The notes under the pieces were generated by a model. That model did not search any database, was not told where the DNA came from, and worked only from the letters and a program-made list of their open reading frames with translations. A program made the translations under genes and the position numbers. From contig OY843750.1 in assembly GCA_963693115.1 (NCBI GenBank), positions 1,295,556 to 1,359,555 on the forward strand: a DNA stretch of 64,000 nucleotides, read 5' to 3'. Source of the DNA: Spirochaetia bacterium (GTDB lineage: Bacteria > Spirochaetota > Spirochaetia > WTKD01 > G963693115). Positions 61,550 through 64,000 of the stretch are shown here, in pieces. Each line of letters opens with the position of its first letter. Within the stretch, counting starts at the first letter, position 1.

Positions 61550-62614
61550 TTATAAGAATGATCTAAATGGCAGATCTGACTCCATGGCAAAAGCGTCCTC
61601 AAACCCTCGTGGATGATGATACTCAAGATCATCTCTATTATCGGGGTATACAAACTTTCCACCGACCTGCCATACATACGGCTTAAATGTATATTTGAGA
61701 ATACGTCTTTTGTATTCCCATAACATAAGAATTTCTTTCGCATCGGCTTGGAAATTAGACCATATATCGTGATGGAAAGGAATAACAACTTTTGTATTTA
61801 AGCATTCTGCCATACGCAAAATATCTATAGATGTCATTTTATCTGTAATACCTCGTGGATTCTCTCCAAAGGAACCTAAGGCAACATCTATGGTATAATC
61901 GTTGCCATGTTTTGCATAGTAATTACAAAAGTGAGAATCACCACTATGATAAATAGTTCCACCCGGTGTTTTAATGAGATAGTTCACTGCTTTAAGATTC
62001 ATGTCTTGTGGGTATGTATCTTTTAATATAACACCCTTGGGAGCGGTTACTAACTCTGTTCTATCAAAAGAATCTAACGCAATAATTTCAATGTCTTTTA
62101 CTTTGACAGAAGAACCGGGTTTTACAACAATACATCTGTCTTCTGGAACTCCCCAATTTGTCCATAAATCTACGCAGGCTTGTGGTCCTATAAATGGAAC
62201 CGACGAAGGGCAATTTTGCATGATTGCTGCTGCCACATTTACATCAATATGATCGCCGTGGTCATGGGTTGCAAGCAAGGCATCGACTGTTTTAATGGCA
62301 AACGGATCTATCACGCACGGCACATTTCTTAAGTTTGGTTGAAGTTTTTTAACGCCTGACATTCTCTGCATCTGGTGTTGCTCTGTCATAAGTGGATTGG
62401 ATTTTGTTCTCTTTCCACTCTTGCACCAGAGATCTATTAAAATGTTGGCATTACCTTCAGATTTTATCCACAGACCAGTACAAGCAAGCCACCACATCGC
62501 AAAGGTATTTGGCTTGACAACTTCTTGTTCAATTTCTTCGTTGAGCCATGTGCCCCATTCAGGAAAATTTTCAAGTATCCAGGATTCTCTCGTAATTGTT
62601 CTAACTTGTTCCAT
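61550..62614 (-). CDS. ulaG: L-ascorbate-6-phosphate lactonase
   Basis: [48 protein letters not shown]. Confidence 0.96.
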   Translation of the reverse strand: MEQVRTITRESWILENFPEWGTWLNEEIEQEVVKPNTFAMWWLACTGLWIKSEGNANILIDLWCKSGKRTKSNPLMTEQHQMQRMSGVKKLQPNLRNVPCVIDPFAIKTVDALLATHDHGDHIDVNVAAAIMQNCPSSVPFIGPQACVDLWTNWGVPEDRCIVVKPGSSVKVKDIEIIALDSFDRTELVTAPKGVILKDTYPQDMNLKAVNYLIKTPGGTIYHSGDSHFCNYYAKHGNDYTIDVALGSFGENPRGITDKMTSIDILRMAECLNTKVVIPFHHDIWSNFQADAKEILMLWEYKRRILKYTFKPYVWQVGGKFVYPDNRDDLEYHHPRGFEDAFAMESDLPFRSFL

Positions 62615-62652
62615 AATAATTCCTCATTTTTTTAATAAAACACTATATGATC

Positions 62653-62692
62653 ATTATAACCGATTGTTTTGATTGTTTTGATGTTTTTTATG
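62653..62692 (-). promoter_or_regulatory. ulaG promoter (-10 TATAAT) with adjacent GATTGTTTT direct repeats, putative DeoR operator
   Basis: Plus strand GATTGTTTT GATTGTTTT GATGTTTTT at 62662-62688. Confidence 0.6.
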
Positions 62693-62779
62693 AGAGTACA
62701 CAAAAATGGAATTGGCTCAGATACATATCTATTAGACTCATCCAGCATGCTTGCCTCAGAGAATAATGTCCATACATAT

Positions 62780-63330
62780 TCTCAATCGGACAATAGTTAT
62801 ATAGCAAAGTCTAATGACTAAGTACAACACATGAAAGTTGTCGACGTGAACTAAAAAGAAAGAAAAACATTCTGTAATCTTGTAAAAAACACAAGGATTG
62901 TGAGATCTCCTATGAGTAGCAATATATCACATAAGTTCTATACACTCACATTAGTAGCAGTATTTGTGCGCGTTTACAATTATATACGAGTATGCGTGCC
63001 TTGTGTAGCCAAGTTGACATCGTACAAGAAGACAACGCAGACATCTCTACCACATGAAAAAGTGGTGCATCAGTACTCACTATAGGACTCATTCTCAATA
63101 ACGCGGTATGGGCGATACATCGTTGACGTAGTCGTATACAGATATGATATCTATACTCTAAACATTCTCATACAACGTATGATAATGGAAGTGAGAATGT
63201 ACTCCACGCTGAGATAAATAAACGGTTAGGGACACGCTCTTATTTTTGTACGCCCTATCATTCGTGGGAGAAAAGGACAAGTTGAGTACAGCATTCGTCT
63301 TCTTCGACGATGTTTTCCAATGAAGGCCTA
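62780..63330 (+). mobile_element. Heavily degraded IS30-family transposase remnant
   Basis: Ordered fragments RRELKRK, ISYE/AIYH, HRTRRQRR, TYDNGSE..H, YFCTPYHSWEK/GQVE, LLRRCFP, broken by stops and frameshifts. Confidence 0.82.
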
Positions 63331-63541
63331 AGAAAGTAAACTTCTACACAGTAAAGAGTGCTACTATACACTATGTACAGGATTGTATTAATACTATTTC
63401 ACGCAAGTGTCTTGACTATAGTTCTCATTTACAGGCGCACTCCACTAGAAGCTTTTACTGTTGCATTTAGTCATTGAACGTTGCGACATAAAATTTCTCT
63501 TCTTGACAAAAATAACACCTTATAGTACAATAAAATTGTAT

Positions 63542-63724
63542 ATGGCAGTACCAAAAAATCGTTCATCAAAGTCAAGAACACGCAGAAAACATTCCATTAA
63601 TTCAAAATTACGATTACCACATGTGACGATTAACGGCGATACGGGTGATTACGTCCTATATCATCGTGTAGATCAGAGTGATGGGAATTATAGAAATAAG
63701 AAAATCATAAATACAACAGAATAG
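63542..63724 (+). CDS. rpmF: 50S ribosomal protein L32
   Basis: MAVPK..SSKSR, HRV....G.YR; upstream TTGACA-17-TACAAT promoter. Confidence 0.93.
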   Translation: MAVPKNRSSKSRTRRKHSINSKLRLPHVTINGDTGDYVLYHRVDQSDGNYRNKKIINTTE

Positions 63725-63733
63725 GAGATTTGT

Positions 63734-63964
63734 ATGAGTACAATTGAACGTGTAAAAAAAGTTATTTCTAATTTATTAGAGATTGAAGAAGATAAGATAA
63801 AAGAGTCGTCCACTTTTGTAGAGGACCTAGGTGCCGATAGCCTCGATACCTACGAGTTATTGCAAGGGCTTGAAGAAGAATTCAATATTACCATGCCTGA
63901 GGATGAAGCTCAAAACTTTAAAAGCGTGGGAGACGTGATTAAGTTTATAGACTCGCAAAAATAA
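63734..63964 (+). CDS. acpP: Acyl carrier protein
   Basis: DLGADSLD, LEEEF; AGGAG SD. Confidence 0.96.
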   Translation: MSTIERVKKVISNLLEIEEDKIKESSTFVEDLGADSLDTYELLQGLEEEFNITMPEDEAQNFKSVGDVIKFIDSQK

Positions 63965-64000
63965 CAGTAACTTTTTTTTGTTTTTTAATCGACGTGTCAT

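Noticed and set aside
61501-61788. N-terminal extension of the DeoR regulator
   Set aside because: Overlaps the ulaG 3' end; the HTH domain begins after ATG 61500
62900-63085. 61-aa ORF as a real gene
   Set aside because: Lies within the decayed IS30 remnant; no SD or recognisable product

Overview
Chromosomal window of a spirochete (FlaA sheath protein, ~900-aa GreA, short SMC, PUR-domain protein). It is mostly housekeeping: nusA-infB-rbfA-truB-rpsO-pnp-dut-lptF/G-murJ, ffh-rpsP-khpA-rimM-trmD-rplS, coaD...rpmF-acpP, plus three tRNAs (Val-GAC, fMet, Gly-TCC). Accessory content: (1) three copies of a ~3-kb cassette, each with a conserved AT-palindromic promoter region, a long leader, an ~810-aa GLUG-repeat lipoprotein gene and a structured trailer. 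The genes are segmental mosaics of one another and have an unusual purine/A-biased composition gradient. This is the best candidate for an undescribed surface-antigen variation system. (2) A ~10-kb L-ascorbate-type catabolic island (ulaG-ulaR-ulaD-ulaE-FGGY kinase-ABC transporter-araD/ulaF) between coaD and rpmF. It has an ABC transporter and kinase instead of a PTS, a kinase split at a T7 tract, and a decayed IS30 at its edge. (3) A YhhQ + Gly233-type TGT pair suggesting direct queuine salvage. Other recurrent signals are probable leaderless mRNAs (including a bidirectional rnhB/smc promoter) and many short in-frame tandem duplications. All calls come from reading the sequence; no searches were run.
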